Shown here in pieces: positions 30,216 to 41,266 of a stretch of DNA of 64,000 nt. The notes beneath the pieces were generated by a model, which was given only the letters and a program-made list of their open reading frames with translations, made no database searches and was not told where the DNA came from. Within the stretch, counting starts at the first letter, position 1. The number at the start of each line of letters is the position of its first letter. A program made the translations under genes and the position numbers. This DNA is from an uncultured Spirochaetota bacterium (lineage in GTDB: Bacteria > Spirochaetota > Spirochaetia > SZUA-6 > Fen-1364), in the NCBI GenBank assembly GCA_963781885.1, contig CAWAHW010000002.1:1056001-1120000 (forward strand). The letters run 5' to 3'.

Positions 30216-31412
30216 CTAGAGGATCCCTGCCTTTTTCCCCGCTTTGCCTGCGACATCCAGTATCTGGTCGCATTCCGCGTCCGTATGGATTGCCATGTAG
30301 GAGGTGCGGATGAGGGTGCCGTCGGGCGGAACGGCGGGGCTCAGGATGGGATTGGTGAACACGCCGCCGTCCATCAGGAGGCGCCAGAAGGCGAGCGTCT
30401 TGTCCATGTCGCCGATGAGAAGCGGCACGATGGGCGTTTCCGCCGTCCCGACATTGAAGCCAAGCGACTTGAAACCCGCGACCATCTTGCGGCCGATTGC
30501 CTGGAGACGCCGCACGCGCTCGGGCTCCTTCTCGATGATGTCCAGACATGCCCGGACGGATGCAATGGTCGCGGGAGGCATCGAAGCGCTGAACAGGAGC
30601 GGCCGGGCCATGTGCTTGATGTAGTCGATGACCTGGTCGTCGCCCGCGACGAAACCGCCCAACGCCCCGAATGACTTGGAGAACGTGCACATCACGACGT
30701 CGGCCCGGGCAACGCCGTGGTAATGCTCCTCCGTGCCGCGTCCCGTGTTGCCCAGGACGCCCAGGCCGTGCGCCTCATCGAGGTAGAGACGTGCCTTGTA
30801 CTGGTTGCACAGCTCCCGCAACCGGGGAAGCTTCACGATGTCCCCCTCCATGCTGAAGACGCCGTCCGTCACGACGAGCTTCGGGGCTTCCGCGTCGGTC
30901 TCGCCGAGAAACTTTTCCAGGCTTTCCATGTTGTTGTGCTGGTAGCGGTGGAGACGCACCTTGCCCCGCATCCCCGAGCTCAGGAAGATGCCATCCATGA
31001 TCGAGGCGTGATTGAGCTTGTCGGAGAAGATGTGCTCGTCCTTGCCGACAAGGGCCGAAATGGCCCCGAGATTCGTCTGGTAGCCGGTCGTGAAGCAGAG
31101 GGCCCTTTTGCGGCCGGTGAAGCGCGCAAGGCGTATTTCCAGCTCCTCGTGGAGCTGGAGGGTGCCGTTGAGGAACCGGGAGCCCGAGCAGCTCGTGCCC
31201 CATTTCCGCGTCGCTTCGATGGCAGCTTCCTTCACCCGGGGATCCCAGGAGAGGCCAAGGTAGTTGTTGGAGCCCGCCATGATGAGCTCTTTTCCTTCCA
31301 TGACCACCCGCGAGCCGCGGCTTTCCTGGATCGGGATGAAATAGGGATAGACACCGCGTTCGTGGGCTTCATCCCATGGCTGTTTTGTATAGCACTTCTC
31401 GAAAATGTCCAC
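30216..31412 (-). CDS. PLP-dependent alpha-oxoamine synthase, serine palmitoyltransferase-like
   Basis: GVYPYF, GSNNYLGL, GSRFLNGT, NHASI, DEAH, TFSKS. Confidence 0.75.
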   Translation of the reverse strand: MDIFEKCYTKQPWDEAHERGVYPYFIPIQESRGSRVVMEGKELIMAGSNNYLGLSWDPRVKEAAIEATRKWGTSCSGSRFLNGTLQLHEELEIRLARFTGRKRALCFTTGYQTNLGAISALVGKDEHIFSDKLNHASIMDGIFLSSGMRGKVRLHRYQHNNMESLEKFLGETDAEAPKLVVTDGVFSMEGDIVKLPRLRELCNQYKARLYLDEAHGLGVLGNTGRGTEEHYHGVARADVVMCTFSKSFGALGGFVAGDDQVIDYIKHMARPLLFSASMPPATIASVRACLDIIEKEPERVRRLQAIGRKMVAGFKSLGFNVGTAETPIVPLLIGDMDKTLAFWRLLMDGGVFTNPILSPAVPPDGTLIRTSYMAIHTDAECDQILDVAGKAGKKAGIL

Positions 31413-31500
31413 GCACGGGCCTCCTCGCCTTGGAAAATCGGCTATAGTGATACTATGCGGATGCCCGGCGTGTAAAGGCGGAGGAAAACGGCCTGGAAGC

Positions 31501-32124
31501 CTATTGTTTCAGGAGCTCGTCGAAAAGCGCCACGCGCAGGTCCCCGTCCCACTCCGGCCCGCCGACGCCGACAACCCGGGCAAGCAGCTTTCCGTTGCGG
31601 TCGATGATGTAGTTGGCGGGAATCCCGCCGGCCGCGTACATGTCGCTCGCGCTCACCTCGCCCGTCGTGTCCAGAAGCACGGGGAACGTGTAGCCGTATT
31701 GTTTGATGAAGGCGCTCACCTTTGACTTGTCCTCGGCCACATCGACGGCAACGATCTCCAGCCCTTTTGCCTTCATCTGGTTGTAGAGCTTTTCCATTGA
31801 AGGCATTTCGATCTTGCAGGGGCCGCACCATGTCGCCCAGAAGCTCAGGATGACCACTTTTCCCCTGAAAGAGGAAAGGCTCACGCTCTTTCCCTCAAGG
31901 GTTTCAAGCTTGAAGTCATCTGATGCGATATCCACGTTCGGAATGTCGAACCCGGCCTTTCGCAGGTCGTCCGTCAGGGTATTTGTGGAGGTGGACACGA
32001 GCGTGCCCTTGAGGGCCCGCGCCGCCTCCGCTCCCCTTGCTGCCGGGCCTTCCGAGAGGCTCCCCTGGGAGACGAGCCCCAGGGTCACGGATGCGGCGAG
32101 GGCCAGGAATACAGGCGCTTTCAT
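31501..32124 (-). CDS. TlpA/ResA-like thiol-disulfide oxidoreductase
   Basis: FWATWCGPCKIEMP; N-terminal signal. Confidence 0.9.
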   Translation of the reverse strand: MKAPVFLALAASVTLGLVSQGSLSEGPAARGAEAARALKGTLVSTSTNTLTDDLRKAGFDIPNVDIASDDFKLETLEGKSVSLSSFRGKVVILSFWATWCGPCKIEMPSMEKLYNQMKAKGLEIVAVDVAEDKSKVSAFIKQYGYTFPVLLDTTGEVSASDMYAAGGIPANYIIDRNGKLLARVVGVGGPEWDGDLRVALFDELLKQ

Positions 32125-32126
32125 GA

Positions 32127-32830
32127 TCAGAAGATATGTCCCTGGAAGGCCTGCGGCAATGCGCGCGGCAGAACGAGGCCCAGGAGAAGCACGAGCGTGT
32201 TGTACAGCCCGTGCGCGAAAGCGATGACGTGCAGGTTTTTCAGTCGCAGGTAGACGAGGGCAAAGAGCACGCCGAGGCTTGCGGCGACGACAACCCCCAT
32301 CACGCCTTCGTAGATATGACCGACGCAGAAGAGCGCCGTCGATGCCGCCACGGCGTACGGCACGGGAAAGTCCAGCTCGTCGAGGCGTTGGAGGAGGTAG
32401 GCGCGAAAGAAAATTCTTCCCGGTAGCCGACGGTGAGACCGAAGACCAGCGCCAGCGGGAGCTGGGCAGGGCTTTGCAGGCCCCAGCGGAACCCGGTTCC
32501 GAGATTCCGGCTCACCTCCGGAGGGAGGAGCAGGAGGAGGACGACGAACGGCGTCATGACGGCGAAGCAGCCGGCAATGAGGAGAAGGGTCCGCAGCACG
32601 TCGCGCGCCTCCGGCCGGACGAATCCCCACCGCGCCCCCGCGCCCCTGCCGAACGCTCCCGCCACGTACGCCATCAGGAGTATCTGCGGCACGCCCGTGA
32701 TGATCGTCTGGAGCAGCAGGGTCGTGGTCGCGGGGCCGAGCGGCGCGGCAAAGGCCTGCCCGATATAGCCGGGGAGAAAGAATGTAAGGAAAAGGAGGAG
32801 AATCTCCCCGATGGCGCCGAACCGGCTCAT
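32127..32830 (-). CDS. CPBP (Abi/CAAX) intramembrane metalloprotease, frameshift near 32410
   Basis: GYREEF then FRAYL in the shifted frame; FCVGHIYEG, AHGLYN. Confidence 0.78.
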
Positions 32831-32894
32831 GGAACGCCCGACCGCATAATAGTATGGAAATATATGTGCTTTTTCACGATAATAACAGACGGGT

Positions 32895-34052
32895 ATGATA
32901 CTCGTTGCCATTCTGCTCGCCATCGCGCTCATCGCCGTCCTCGCGATCATCCTCCTGCGGAGGGCAGGCGGCGGCAGATTCCCGTGGCTGCAGTTCTATC
33001 TGAAGGGCAGGGAAGCGGGCTTCATTTTCCGCGAGATCAATCTTCTCCGCAGGGTTGCCATCGAGGCGAAGCTGGAAAATCCCACGGCCCTTTTCTGGTC
33101 GATGAAGCAGCTCGACCGGGCCATCAAGGGCATCATCATCACCTACCGCGCGCGGTCCCAGGAGCAGGAGCCGGAATACAATCTCCTGCTCTCGAAGCTC
33201 TTCGAGCTGCGCAAGAGGGTGGAATTCGACCAGCCGAAATACAAGCTGGGAATCAAGAGCTCCCGCAAGCTCACGCCGAAGCAGCACCTGCGCATCACGC
33301 TCCCGGGTCTCGGTCCCTTCGGCGCGCTGATCGTCGAAAACCTCACCCGCTACATGGCCATCTCGCATCCCCAGGGGCCCAAGCTGCCCGACGGCTTCTC
33401 CTGGAAGAACCAGAAGATCGGCATCTACTTCTGGCGCGCGGAAGACGCGGGGTATTTCTTCCAGACGAAGGTCATGGAAGATTTCATCGACAAGAAGTAT
33501 CCCATCCTCCACGTCGCGCATTCCGACAACCTCATCCGCACGCAGAAGCGCAACTCCGTGCGCGTGGAAACGGACATGCCCGCGGAGCTTTTCCCGCTGA
33601 AATCGATCGACGCGGCGAACGAGATCCCCGAGGAAGCCCGCGGGTTGCGCTGCCGGCTCGCCGACGTCTCCGAAGGCGGTGCGGCGATCCTCATCGGGGG
33701 CAAGGCGCGGGTCGGTCTGCCGGTGAAGCTGCAGTTCTCCATCGCGGACAGCGTCGTCGTGATGTCGGGAATCGTGAAGGGGCTCAATTTCGACCAGAAG
33801 AAGAACCGCTCGCTGCTGCACATGCAGGCAACGCCGCCGAGCGTCACGATGCGCAACCGCATCCTCACGTACGTCTACAACCTGTTCGGCGAGCGGGAGA
33901 CGCTGCTGCCTGGACGCAAGCCCGATGCAGCGAAGGACAAGGCGCCGGATGGCATCATGCTGAAAGCCACGCCGCCGACGGCCCGGCCGGCAACCCGACT
34001 GGTCCATTGGCGCGGAGGCGCCGCGGTTGCCACGGACCGGCCCGCCATGTAG
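32895..34052 (+). CDS. PilZ-domain (YcgR-like) c-di-GMP receptor with N-terminal TM
   Basis: QKRNSVR (RxxxR) and DVSEGG (DxSxxG) motifs. Confidence 0.85.
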   Translation: MILVAILLAIALIAVLAIILLRRAGGGRFPWLQFYLKGREAGFIFREINLLRRVAIEAKLENPTALFWSMKQLDRAIKGIIITYRARSQEQEPEYNLLLSKLFELRKRVEFDQPKYKLGIKSSRKLTPKQHLRITLPGLGPFGALIVENLTRYMAISHPQGPKLPDGFSWKNQKIGIYFWRAEDAGYFFQTKVMEDFIDKKYPILHVAHSDNLIRTQKRNSVRVETDMPAELFPLKSIDAANEIPEEARGLRCRLADVSEGGAAILIGGKARVGLPVKLQFSIADSVVVMSGIVKGLNFDQKKNRSLLHMQATPPSVTMRNRILTYVYNLFGERETLLPGRKPDAAKDKAPDGIMLKATPPTARPATRLVHWRGGAAVATDRPAM

Positions 34053-34090
34053 TATGAGTGTATGAGAAACCCCCGCAGGAGGGAATGGGA

Positions 34091-35278
34091 ATGAGACGAT
34101 TGTTGTCCGTTGTGACCGTGTTGTGCGTGGCGGCGGTCGCCGTGCAGGCGCAGGATGCCGCGAAGATGCTCGACACTTTCCGCCGCAACTTCGCCATCGC
34201 CAGCCTCGACGTCAAGATCCAGATCCTGCAGGACGCCGCAAGCGGCAAGACGGCCGCCGCAATGGGACCGTTGTTCCAGCAGGCGGTGGATTTCGTGACG
34301 GACAATGCATCCCTCATCCCCACGGATGCCCGCTTCAACCAGCTCGCGGCGATCGGGGCCGAACAGATCGGCACCGTCGCCTACACGGCAGGCCGCGATT
34401 CCCTCTGGAAGCTTTTCTCCGTCACCACGGAGACGCAGACCCTTTCCAAGGCCGCAACCGCGCTCGGGATCGTCGGGGCAGGGGACGCCGGCACCGTTGC
34501 CGATCTCAACCAGTATGCCGACAGCCAGAACAGCATCTTCGCTTCCGGCAAGTCCCCGGATCTCGTCGTGCTGACGACCGTCTTCCAGGCCCTGGGAAAG
34601 CTGGGCGATCCGTCGTCCTTCCCCGTGCTTTTTGCCGCCATGAACCTCGGTTATTCGGACTCGGTCACCGGCATTGCGCGTTCGGCGCTGCTCTCCATCA
34701 AGGGTGATTTTGCCGCGATGCTGCAGGGCGTGGTGAAGGACCGGCCCGTCGCGGAGAAGAAGGTCGCGCTGCAAATGGCGCTGGACAGCGACAAGCTCAG
34801 CGACGACCAGAAGGCGGGAATTGCGGAGCTCGCCCTCGACATCGGCCTGCATTCCAGCGTCTCCGACGCCGCGAGCAAGGCGGCGCTCCGCGATCTGCGC
34901 TTCGCGGCCGCGGCGAGCCTGGGTGCGCGCAAGTGGTCGCATGCCACCAGTCTTCTCATCGAGCACCTCGACATGACCATCGGCGAGTTCGACAAGGGGC
35001 TCGTGGACCGCAACCATCTCCTGGACACCCTCAGCAACCTGGGCGCCATGAGCAGCCACGACGCGGCCGTACGGCTCACGCAGTACCTCGTTCTCCTGAA
35101 CTCCTATTCCGAGCAGGGCAAGACCTATGACGAGCTCGTGGTGAGCGCCGTGATCCAGAATCTTGCGGCGCTCGGCGACAAGGTCGCGTTCGACGACCTG
35201 ATGTACACCCAGTATCTCAACTACCCGTCCGCCGTGAAGAAGGCGGCCCGCGCCGCGCTGGACAAGCTGAAGTGGTGA
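34091..35278 (+). CDS. Exported HEAT-repeat protein
   Basis: Signal peptide; AATALG, ALGKLGDPSSFPVL, NLAALGD helical repeats. Confidence 0.7.
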   Translation: MRRLLSVVTVLCVAAVAVQAQDAAKMLDTFRRNFAIASLDVKIQILQDAASGKTAAAMGPLFQQAVDFVTDNASLIPTDARFNQLAAIGAEQIGTVAYTAGRDSLWKLFSVTTETQTLSKAATALGIVGAGDAGTVADLNQYADSQNSIFASGKSPDLVVLTTVFQALGKLGDPSSFPVLFAAMNLGYSDSVTGIARSALLSIKGDFAAMLQGVVKDRPVAEKKVALQMALDSDKLSDDQKAGIAELALDIGLHSSVSDAASKAALRDLRFAAAASLGARKWSHATSLLIEHLDMTIGEFDKGLVDRNHLLDTLSNLGAMSSHDAAVRLTQYLVLLNSYSEQGKTYDELVVSAVIQNLAALGDKVAFDDLMYTQYLNYPSAVKKAARAALDKLKW

Positions 35279-35303
35279 CGCCGGGCATCTCGCCCGGACA
35301 CGC

Positions 35304-36824
35304 ATGATCCGCAGGCACGTCACCCCTGCGCTCCTGGTCTCTTTCTTTCTCCTCTGCGGCTGCCTGTTGCACCCCCTCCTGCGCAATGCGTGGTGGGCCG
35401 TTGCCGCGTGCGGCCTGGCATGCGCCGCGGCGGCCGTCCCGCTTCTCCATGCCGTATCCGGTGCAGGGTCCCGTGAGGACGGGCGGAGGCGCACGGGCAT
35501 GCTCGTGCTGAGCGCATCGATCGGCATCCTGTTTGGCGCGGCATCGATTGCCCGCATGGAAGGCTCGCTTCAAAGCGCATACCTCCCGGTCCTTCCCACG
35601 GCCGCGACGGAGTTCCGTGGCATGCTCACCCAGGACAGCAGCCTCTCGAGGAAAGGCGACACCGTCCTGCGCGTGTCTCTCTCGGAAGCCTCGTCGCGGC
35701 GGGAGGGCATCGGCGGCAGGGCGAGCGGCGCCGTGCTCGTGCTGGTCTCCGGAGACTATCGTTTTGCCCTGGGTGAGCTTGTTTCCTTCCAGGCGCCGCT
35801 CGCTCTCTCCACGGGCGAGGGAGGGGAGCGGTACGTAGCCTTTGTGGACCGGGGGCATGTGCGGTCGCTCGGCTATGCATTGCCTTTCTGGCAGACGCGC
35901 GCCCGGGCGCGGGAATGGCTGCACCGAACCGTGTCGATGGTCGGATATCCGTCGTCGGCGCTGCTTGAAGCACTCCTGATTGGAAGCCGCGAGGACGTTC
36001 CGGAAGAGCTCTATGCCGGGTTCCAGCGCACCGGCAGCCTGCACATACTCGCGCTGTCGGGCCTTCACGTCACCGTGATCTACGGCATCGTCATCGGGCT
36101 TTTGGCGTTTCTCCGCCGGCGCGGCCCTCGCTTTCTGCTGGCAACCATTGTGCTCCTTGGCTACCAGATCCTGGCCGGCTTCATGCCGTCGCTGCTGCGC
36201 GCCACGGTCATGATCGTCATCGGCGGCATCGCGTCCATGCTCGACCGTGACGCGGAGCCGCTCAACCTCCTTGCCCTTTCCTGCATCGTCATCCTGCTCA
36301 TCGATCCCTGGCAGGTCTTTTCATTGTCGTTCCAGCTTTCCTTTCTCGCGCTCGCGGGCATCCTTCTCATCGGCCCTCTCGTGCAGAGACCGCTGGAAGG
36401 CTTCGTGCCGCGATTCCTCCTCCTGCCTTTTGCGATGTCCGTCGGTGCGCAGGCTGCGACGCTTCCCCTCATCATCGGGCAGTTCGGCGTGTACTACCCT
36501 TCGGGTCTCATTGCGGGCCTGCTGCTCGTGCCGCTGACGACAGCCTTTCTCTGGGCAGGCCTTGCCTGGCTGCCTCTCTCGGTCATTCCGTGGCCTTTTC
36601 TGCATGCGCTTGTCTCCCGGCTTTTCTCGATTCTCTACGCGCTCGTGGACGCCTGCGCGGGCATGTTTGCGAAGCTTCCCGGAGTGACCGTGGACGGACC
36701 GGCACGGACGATCGCGGTTGGCGGCACGGCAGCGCTTTTTCTTTTTCTGCTCGCTGCCCTTCCTTTCCCGCGCCAGTCCGGAAGCCTCGATCGGCGTCAC
36801 ATCGCCGGTCCGAAAACTGCATGA
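35304..36824 (+). CDS. comEC: ComEC/Rec2 family competence membrane protein
   Basis: GSLHILALSGLHV, PSLLRA, SFQLSF. Confidence 0.88.
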   Translation: MIRRHVTPALLVSFFLLCGCLLHPLLRNAWWAVAACGLACAAAAVPLLHAVSGAGSREDGRRRTGMLVLSASIGILFGAASIARMEGSLQSAYLPVLPTAATEFRGMLTQDSSLSRKGDTVLRVSLSEASSRREGIGGRASGAVLVLVSGDYRFALGELVSFQAPLALSTGEGGERYVAFVDRGHVRSLGYALPFWQTRARAREWLHRTVSMVGYPSSALLEALLIGSREDVPEELYAGFQRTGSLHILALSGLHVTVIYGIVIGLLAFLRRRGPRFLLATIVLLGYQILAGFMPSLLRATVMIVIGGIASMLDRDAEPLNLLALSCIVILLIDPWQVFSLSFQLSFLALAGILLIGPLVQRPLEGFVPRFLLLPFAMSVGAQAATLPLIIGQFGVYYPSGLIAGLLLVPLTTAFLWAGLAWLPLSVIPWPFLHALVSRLFSILYALVDACAGMFAKLPGVTVDGPARTIAVGGTAALFLFLLAALPFPRQSGSLDRRHIAGPKTA

Positions 36825-37673
36825 ATCACGATTCTCCGAGCGACATCCGCATCCTGCTCCAGGAGCGCGGCCTCGCGCTGAAGAAGCGCTGGGGCCAGAA
36901 TTTCCTGGTCAACCGGGGCGCCCGCGAGCGGCTGCTGATGCTTCTCGATCCCGGGGCCGGCGAAACGATCTGGGAAATCGGGCCGGGGCTGGGCGCCATG
37001 ACTGCGGAGCTGCTTGAACGGGCGCGGCTCGTGGTAGCCTTCGAGGTGGACCGCGGGTTGTGCCGGTTTCTGGAGGAAAGCTTCAGCCACCGTCCTTCAT
37101 TCATCCTCGTGCCGGGAGATTTTCTCCAGACGTGGAGAGTGACGGCATCCGCGCGCAGTCTGCCGGACCGCGTCATCGGCAATCTCCCGTACAGCTCCGC
37201 ATCGATCATGATCGCCGCGCTGATCGAAGGGAGCGTGCGTCCCCGCACGATGATATTCACCGTGCAGCGGGAGCTGGCCGAGCGCATGGCGTCGCCGCCC
37301 GGGCGCAAGAGCTATTCCTCTTTCTCCGTGCTCTGCCAGGCAAGCTGCCGCGTGCTGCATCGCGGTGACCTGAAGCCCGGCAGCTTCTACCCCGCGCCCG
37401 ACGTCGTGTCGTCCGTCGTTGAATTGCAGCCGCGGCACGGATGCCGCAACTGGGGATACCCTGGCGCTCCTGTCCAGCCTGGTCCGCGGCCTTTTTGCAT
37501 CCCGGAGAAAAACAATCCGAAACAATCTGGCGGTCTGCAAGCTGCCGGAGGCTGTTTCCATCCCGGCGGTGCTGAAAGAGATGGAAGCGGTCGGCATCGA
37601 TCCTGCCGCGCGCGCCGAGCAGATTGGGGCCGACGATTTCCTGGCGCTGGCGCGCCGCCTTACAGGATCTTGA
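36821..37673 (+). CDS. rsmA: 16S rRNA m6,2A1518/1519 dimethyltransferase (frameshift ~37435)
   Basis: KKRWGQNFL, EIGPGLGAMT, GNLPY, FYPAPDV; C-term FASRRKTIRNNL and RAEQI in another frame. Confidence 0.9.
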
Positions 37674-38538
37674 GCTCCTTCAAGGTCGTCTGGAGCTGAT
37701 CCCGGTTCTTCGGAGCCAGGGGGCACATCGGCAGCCTGTAGGATTCCGTCATCAGGCCCTTCATGGCCATGGCGGCCTTGATGGGAATGGGATTGGTCTC
37801 GATGAAGAGCGCCTTGAACAGAGGCAGGAGCTCGTAGTGGAGCCTGCGCGCCGTGCTCCAGTCACCCTTGAGCGCGGCGGTCACGAGCTTCACCATGGGT
37901 CCGGGCACGAGGTTGCTTGCCACGGAAATGACGCCCGTGCCGCCGAGGGCCATGATGGGAAAAACGAGGTTGTCGTCGCCGGACAGCACGCTGAAACCCG
38001 ACGGCTTTTTCGCAATCAGCTCCATGACCTGGCCGATGTCGCCGCTCGCCTCTTTCACGGCCGTGATGTTGCGGTGACCCGCGAGCTCGAGCATGGTGGC
38101 GTTGTCGATGTTCTTGCCCGTGCGGCTTGCAATGTTGTACACGACGATGGGGAGGTCCACCGCGTCCGCGATGGCGCGGAAATGCCCGATGAAGCCTGCG
38201 TTGGTAGGCTTGTTGTAGTACGGGGCGACCTGCAAGGTGGCGCTGGCCCCGACCTCTTTCGCGTCCCGCGCGTAGTGTATTGCCTCGGCGGTGCTGTTGG
38301 AGCCGGCCCCCGCGATGATCGGCACCCGGCCGCGCGCCTGCTCCACGACGATCCGGATCACCTCCCGGCATTCGTCGCCGTCCAGCGTGGGGCTCTCACC
38401 GGTGGTTCCCACGGGGACCAGCCCGGCGATTCCCGCCTCCACCTGCATGTCGACGATGCGGCGTAGCGCCTTCTCATCCACCGCGCCGTCTTTCGTCATC
38501 GGCGTCACGAGCGCGGTATAGACACCCTCCAGCGTCAT
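37660..38538 (-). CDS. dapA: 4-hydroxy-tetrahydrodipicolinate synthase
   Basis: GTTGESPTL, PYYNKP, YNIASRT, KEASG, ETNPIPIK. Confidence 0.95.
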   Translation of the reverse strand: MTLEGVYTALVTPMTKDGAVDEKALRRIVDMQVEAGIAGLVPVGTTGESPTLDGDECREVIRIVVEQARGRVPIIAGAGSNSTAEAIHYARDAKEVGASATLQVAPYYNKPTNAGFIGHFRAIADAVDLPIVVYNIASRTGKNIDNATMLELAGHRNITAVKEASGDIGQVMELIAKKPSGFSVLSGDDNLVFPIMALGGTGVISVASNLVPGPMVKLVTAALKGDWSTARRLHYELLPLFKALFIETNPIPIKAAMAMKGLMTESYRLPMCPLAPKNRDQLQTTLKELKIL

Positions 38539-39317
38539 TGTGCTCTCCTCGATGCGGCGGATCCCACGCCGCTGCCCAGCAGCTCCCCGATGAAATCGTT
38601 GACCTCGAAGAATCCCTTCCTCCCGGCAAGCCATTCCGCCGCGCGGACGGCGCCGAGTGCCATGCCTCCCCGATTCCGCGCGCGGTGCGTCAGCTCGATC
38701 GTATCGAATGCCGAATCCAGAAGGACGGTGTGCGTCCCGGGTACCTCGCCGCCCCGCACTGAGGCGAAGTGCATCTCATCCGCCGCCGGGGCGCGGTCGA
38801 GCCGCTCCGTGACGAGCTTCTTTTTCCGCTCGCTCTTGCCCGTCACGATCCTCGCAAGCGTGAGTGCCGTTCCGGAGGGGCTGTCCTTCTTTCGCTTGTG
38901 GTGGACTTCCCACCCCATGATGTCGTACTCGGGGCAGGGGTTGGACAGTTCCGTGGCTGCCGCGACAAGCGCAAAGAAGAGGTGCGCGCCTATGGAGAAG
39001 TTGCTGCCGTACAGGAAGCCGATCGATGAGCCCTCCACGACGCGCCGCATCTCCTCCAGCTTCCCGTACCAGCCCGTGGTGCCGACCACGACGCTGAGCC
39101 CGAGGCGCGCGCAGGCGCCCACGTTGCCCATCACGGCATCCGCGTGGGAGAACTCGATGGCCATGTCGGAGGCGCGCGCCGCCTTTTCACTGAGGGACGT
39201 TGCATCCGCTTCCTTCTGGACAGGGTCGATGCGCGCGGACACGGTGTGGCCCCTCTGGACCGCCACCTTCTCCACCTCGCGTCCCATGCTCCCGTAGCCG
39301 ATCAGAGCGATTCTCAT
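38535..39317 (-). CDS. dapB: 4-hydroxy-tetrahydrodipicolinate reductase
   Basis: GYGSMG, VGTTGW, EVHHKRKKDSPSGTA. Confidence 0.95.
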   Translation of the reverse strand: MRIALIGYGSMGREVEKVAVQRGHTVSARIDPVQKEADATSLSEKAARASDMAIEFSHADAVMGNVGACARLGLSVVVGTTGWYGKLEEMRRVVEGSSIGFLYGSNFSIGAHLFFALVAAATELSNPCPEYDIMGWEVHHKRKKDSPSGTALTLARIVTGKSERKKKLVTERLDRAPAADEMHFASVRGGEVPGTHTVLLDSAFDTIELTHRARNRGGMALGAVRAAEWLAGRKGFFEVNDFIGELLGSGVGSAASRRAQ

Positions 39318-39432
39318 GGTGGCTGTACTGTAATTCCGCCGAAGCGCGAGATCAAGTATTTTTTTGCAGTCGATGCATGGACTTGCAGAAGCGAAGCGCC
39401 CGCGCGGCCTTCTGCCGCGCAGGCGCCTGCGC

Positions 39433-40437
39433 CTATTTCGGCAACGACTGGTTGAGGGTCACCACGGACGTGTTCACGATATCGTCCACGGAGCAGCCGC
39501 GTGAAAGGTCGCTCACCGGCTTCGCGAACCCCTGCAGGAAAGGCCCGTACGCTTCCGCCTTGGCGAAACGCTGCACGAGCTTGTACCCGATGTTCCCGCT
39601 TTGCAGGTCGGGGAAGATGAGAGTATTGGCCTTGCCGGCAACCGCGGACCCCGGCGCCTTCTTGGCGGCAACCGATGCCACGAGCGCCGCGTCCGCCTGC
39701 ATCTCGCCGTCCGCGAGCAGCTTCGGGTTCCTTTCGTGGATGATCTTCACCGCGTTCGCCACCTTGTCGACCAGCGGATGGCTCGCGCTGCCCTTTGTGG
39801 AGAATGACAGCATGGCAACGAGCGGCTCTGCCTTCAGGAATATGCGGCAGGATTCCGCCGATGACAGGGCGATGTCGGCAAGCTGCTCGGCCGTGGGATC
39901 CGGCACCACCGCGCAGTCGGCAAAGATGAGGTGCCCGTCCACGCCCCAGGACGTGCCCGGCAGCCACATGACGAAGCATGACGACGCTGTTTTGATGCCC
40001 GGCGCCGTCTTCACGATGGTGAGCGCGGCACGGAGGACTTTTGCCGTCTCACTGTCCGCGCCCGAGACCATTGCATCGGCCCGTCCCTTGCGCATCATCA
40101 TGGCGCCCCAGTGCTGGGTATCGGCCATGAATGTCTTTTCCGCGTCTTCGCGGCTTATGCCTTTGCTCTTGCGAAGCTCGAAGTAATCGTCAACGTAGTC
40201 CTTCCTGAAAGAGGACGTTGCCGGCTCTTCAACTTTCAGTCCGGAAAGGCTCACGCCCTGTTTCTTCGCCTCCGCCTCGATCTGGGAAATGGTGCCAAGA
40301 AGTGTCACTTCGCTTGCGAAACCCATGTCGAGGATGATGCGCCCGGCTTTGAGCGTGCGCGCCTCGTAGCCTTCGGGAAGGACGAGCTTCCGGGGGTTGG
40401 CCTTGGCCTTTGCGCGCATCTCTTCTATGAATTGCAT
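39433..40437 (-). CDS. pta: Phosphate acetyltransferase
   Basis: [38 protein letters not shown]. Confidence 0.95.
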   Translation of the reverse strand: MQFIEEMRAKAKANPRKLVLPEGYEARTLKAGRIILDMGFASEVTLLGTISQIEAEAKKQGVSLSGLKVEEPATSSFRKDYVDDYFELRKSKGISREDAEKTFMADTQHWGAMMMRKGRADAMVSGADSETAKVLRAALTIVKTAPGIKTASSCFVMWLPGTSWGVDGHLIFADCAVVPDPTAEQLADIALSSAESCRIFLKAEPLVAMLSFSTKGSASHPLVDKVANAVKIIHERNPKLLADGEMQADAALVASVAAKKAPGSAVAGKANTLIFPDLQSGNIGYKLVQRFAKAEAYGPFLQGFAKPVSDLSRGCSVDDIVNTSVVTLNQSLPK

Positions 40438-40543
40438 TGTCGTGCTCCTTTGTCGGTGGGGTCAGGGGATGAATGCGTCCCTTGAGTATAGCTTTTTGCG
40501 CGGAAACTGCAATAATCGCGGCAGCGGAAGGAGATTCGCGCTC

Positions 40544-41266
40544 ATGACAGTCGGCGTTTACGGCCTCGGCCGTTTCGGATCCTTCTGGGCGGAGCTGCTC
40601 GCCCGTTCCCTTCCCGTGTGCGCATACTCGCGCGCGGCGGACCGGCCGACGCCCCCGGGGGTCCGGCGCGTGGGGGAGGACGAAGTGCTGTCGCAGCCGG
40701 TCATCTTCCTCTGTGTCGCAATATCCGCCGTGGAGGAAGTGCTCGAACGCGCGCGGATCCGCATCGCGCCCCATGCCCTGGTCATGGACACCTGCTCCGT
40801 GAAAACCTACCCGGTGTCTCTCATGGAAAAGCTCCTGCCCGCTTCTAACTCCCTCATGGGGACGCACCCGATGTTCGGTCCCGACTCCGGCCGCAACGGC
40901 GTTGCCGGGCTGCCCATGATCCTCTGCCCCGTGCGCATCGGCGCGCGTGAGGTGGAAACGTGGCGGGAGCTTTTCGCGTCCCTCGGCCTTGCGATCTCCA
41001 TCATGACCCCCGACGAGCACGATCGGGAGGCTGCCTTCACACAGGGCGTCGCCCACTGCGTCGGCAGGGTGCTCTCGGACCTCGGCGTGCAGCGCTCCCC
41101 GATCGGTACGGTGGGATACCGCAAGCTCCTGGAGATCGTCGAGCAGACCTGCAACGATCCCTGGCAGCTGTTCCTCGATCTCCAGCGCTACAATCCCTAT
41201 ACGCGGGAGATGCGGGTCAGGCTGGAGAAGTCGATCAGGTCCGTCATGGCGGCCATCGACGGGTGA
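40544..41266 (+). CDS. tyrA: Prephenate/arogenate dehydrogenase
   Basis: GLGRFG, DTCSVK, THPMFGP, EHDREAAFTQ. Confidence 0.88.
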   Translation: MTVGVYGLGRFGSFWAELLARSLPVCAYSRAADRPTPPGVRRVGEDEVLSQPVIFLCVAISAVEEVLERARIRIAPHALVMDTCSVKTYPVSLMEKLLPASNSLMGTHPMFGPDSGRNGVAGLPMILCPVRIGAREVETWRELFASLGLAISIMTPDEHDREAAFTQGVAHCVGRVLSDLGVQRSPIGTVGYRKLLEIVEQTCNDPWQLFLDLQRYNPYTREMRVRLEKSIRSVMAAIDG

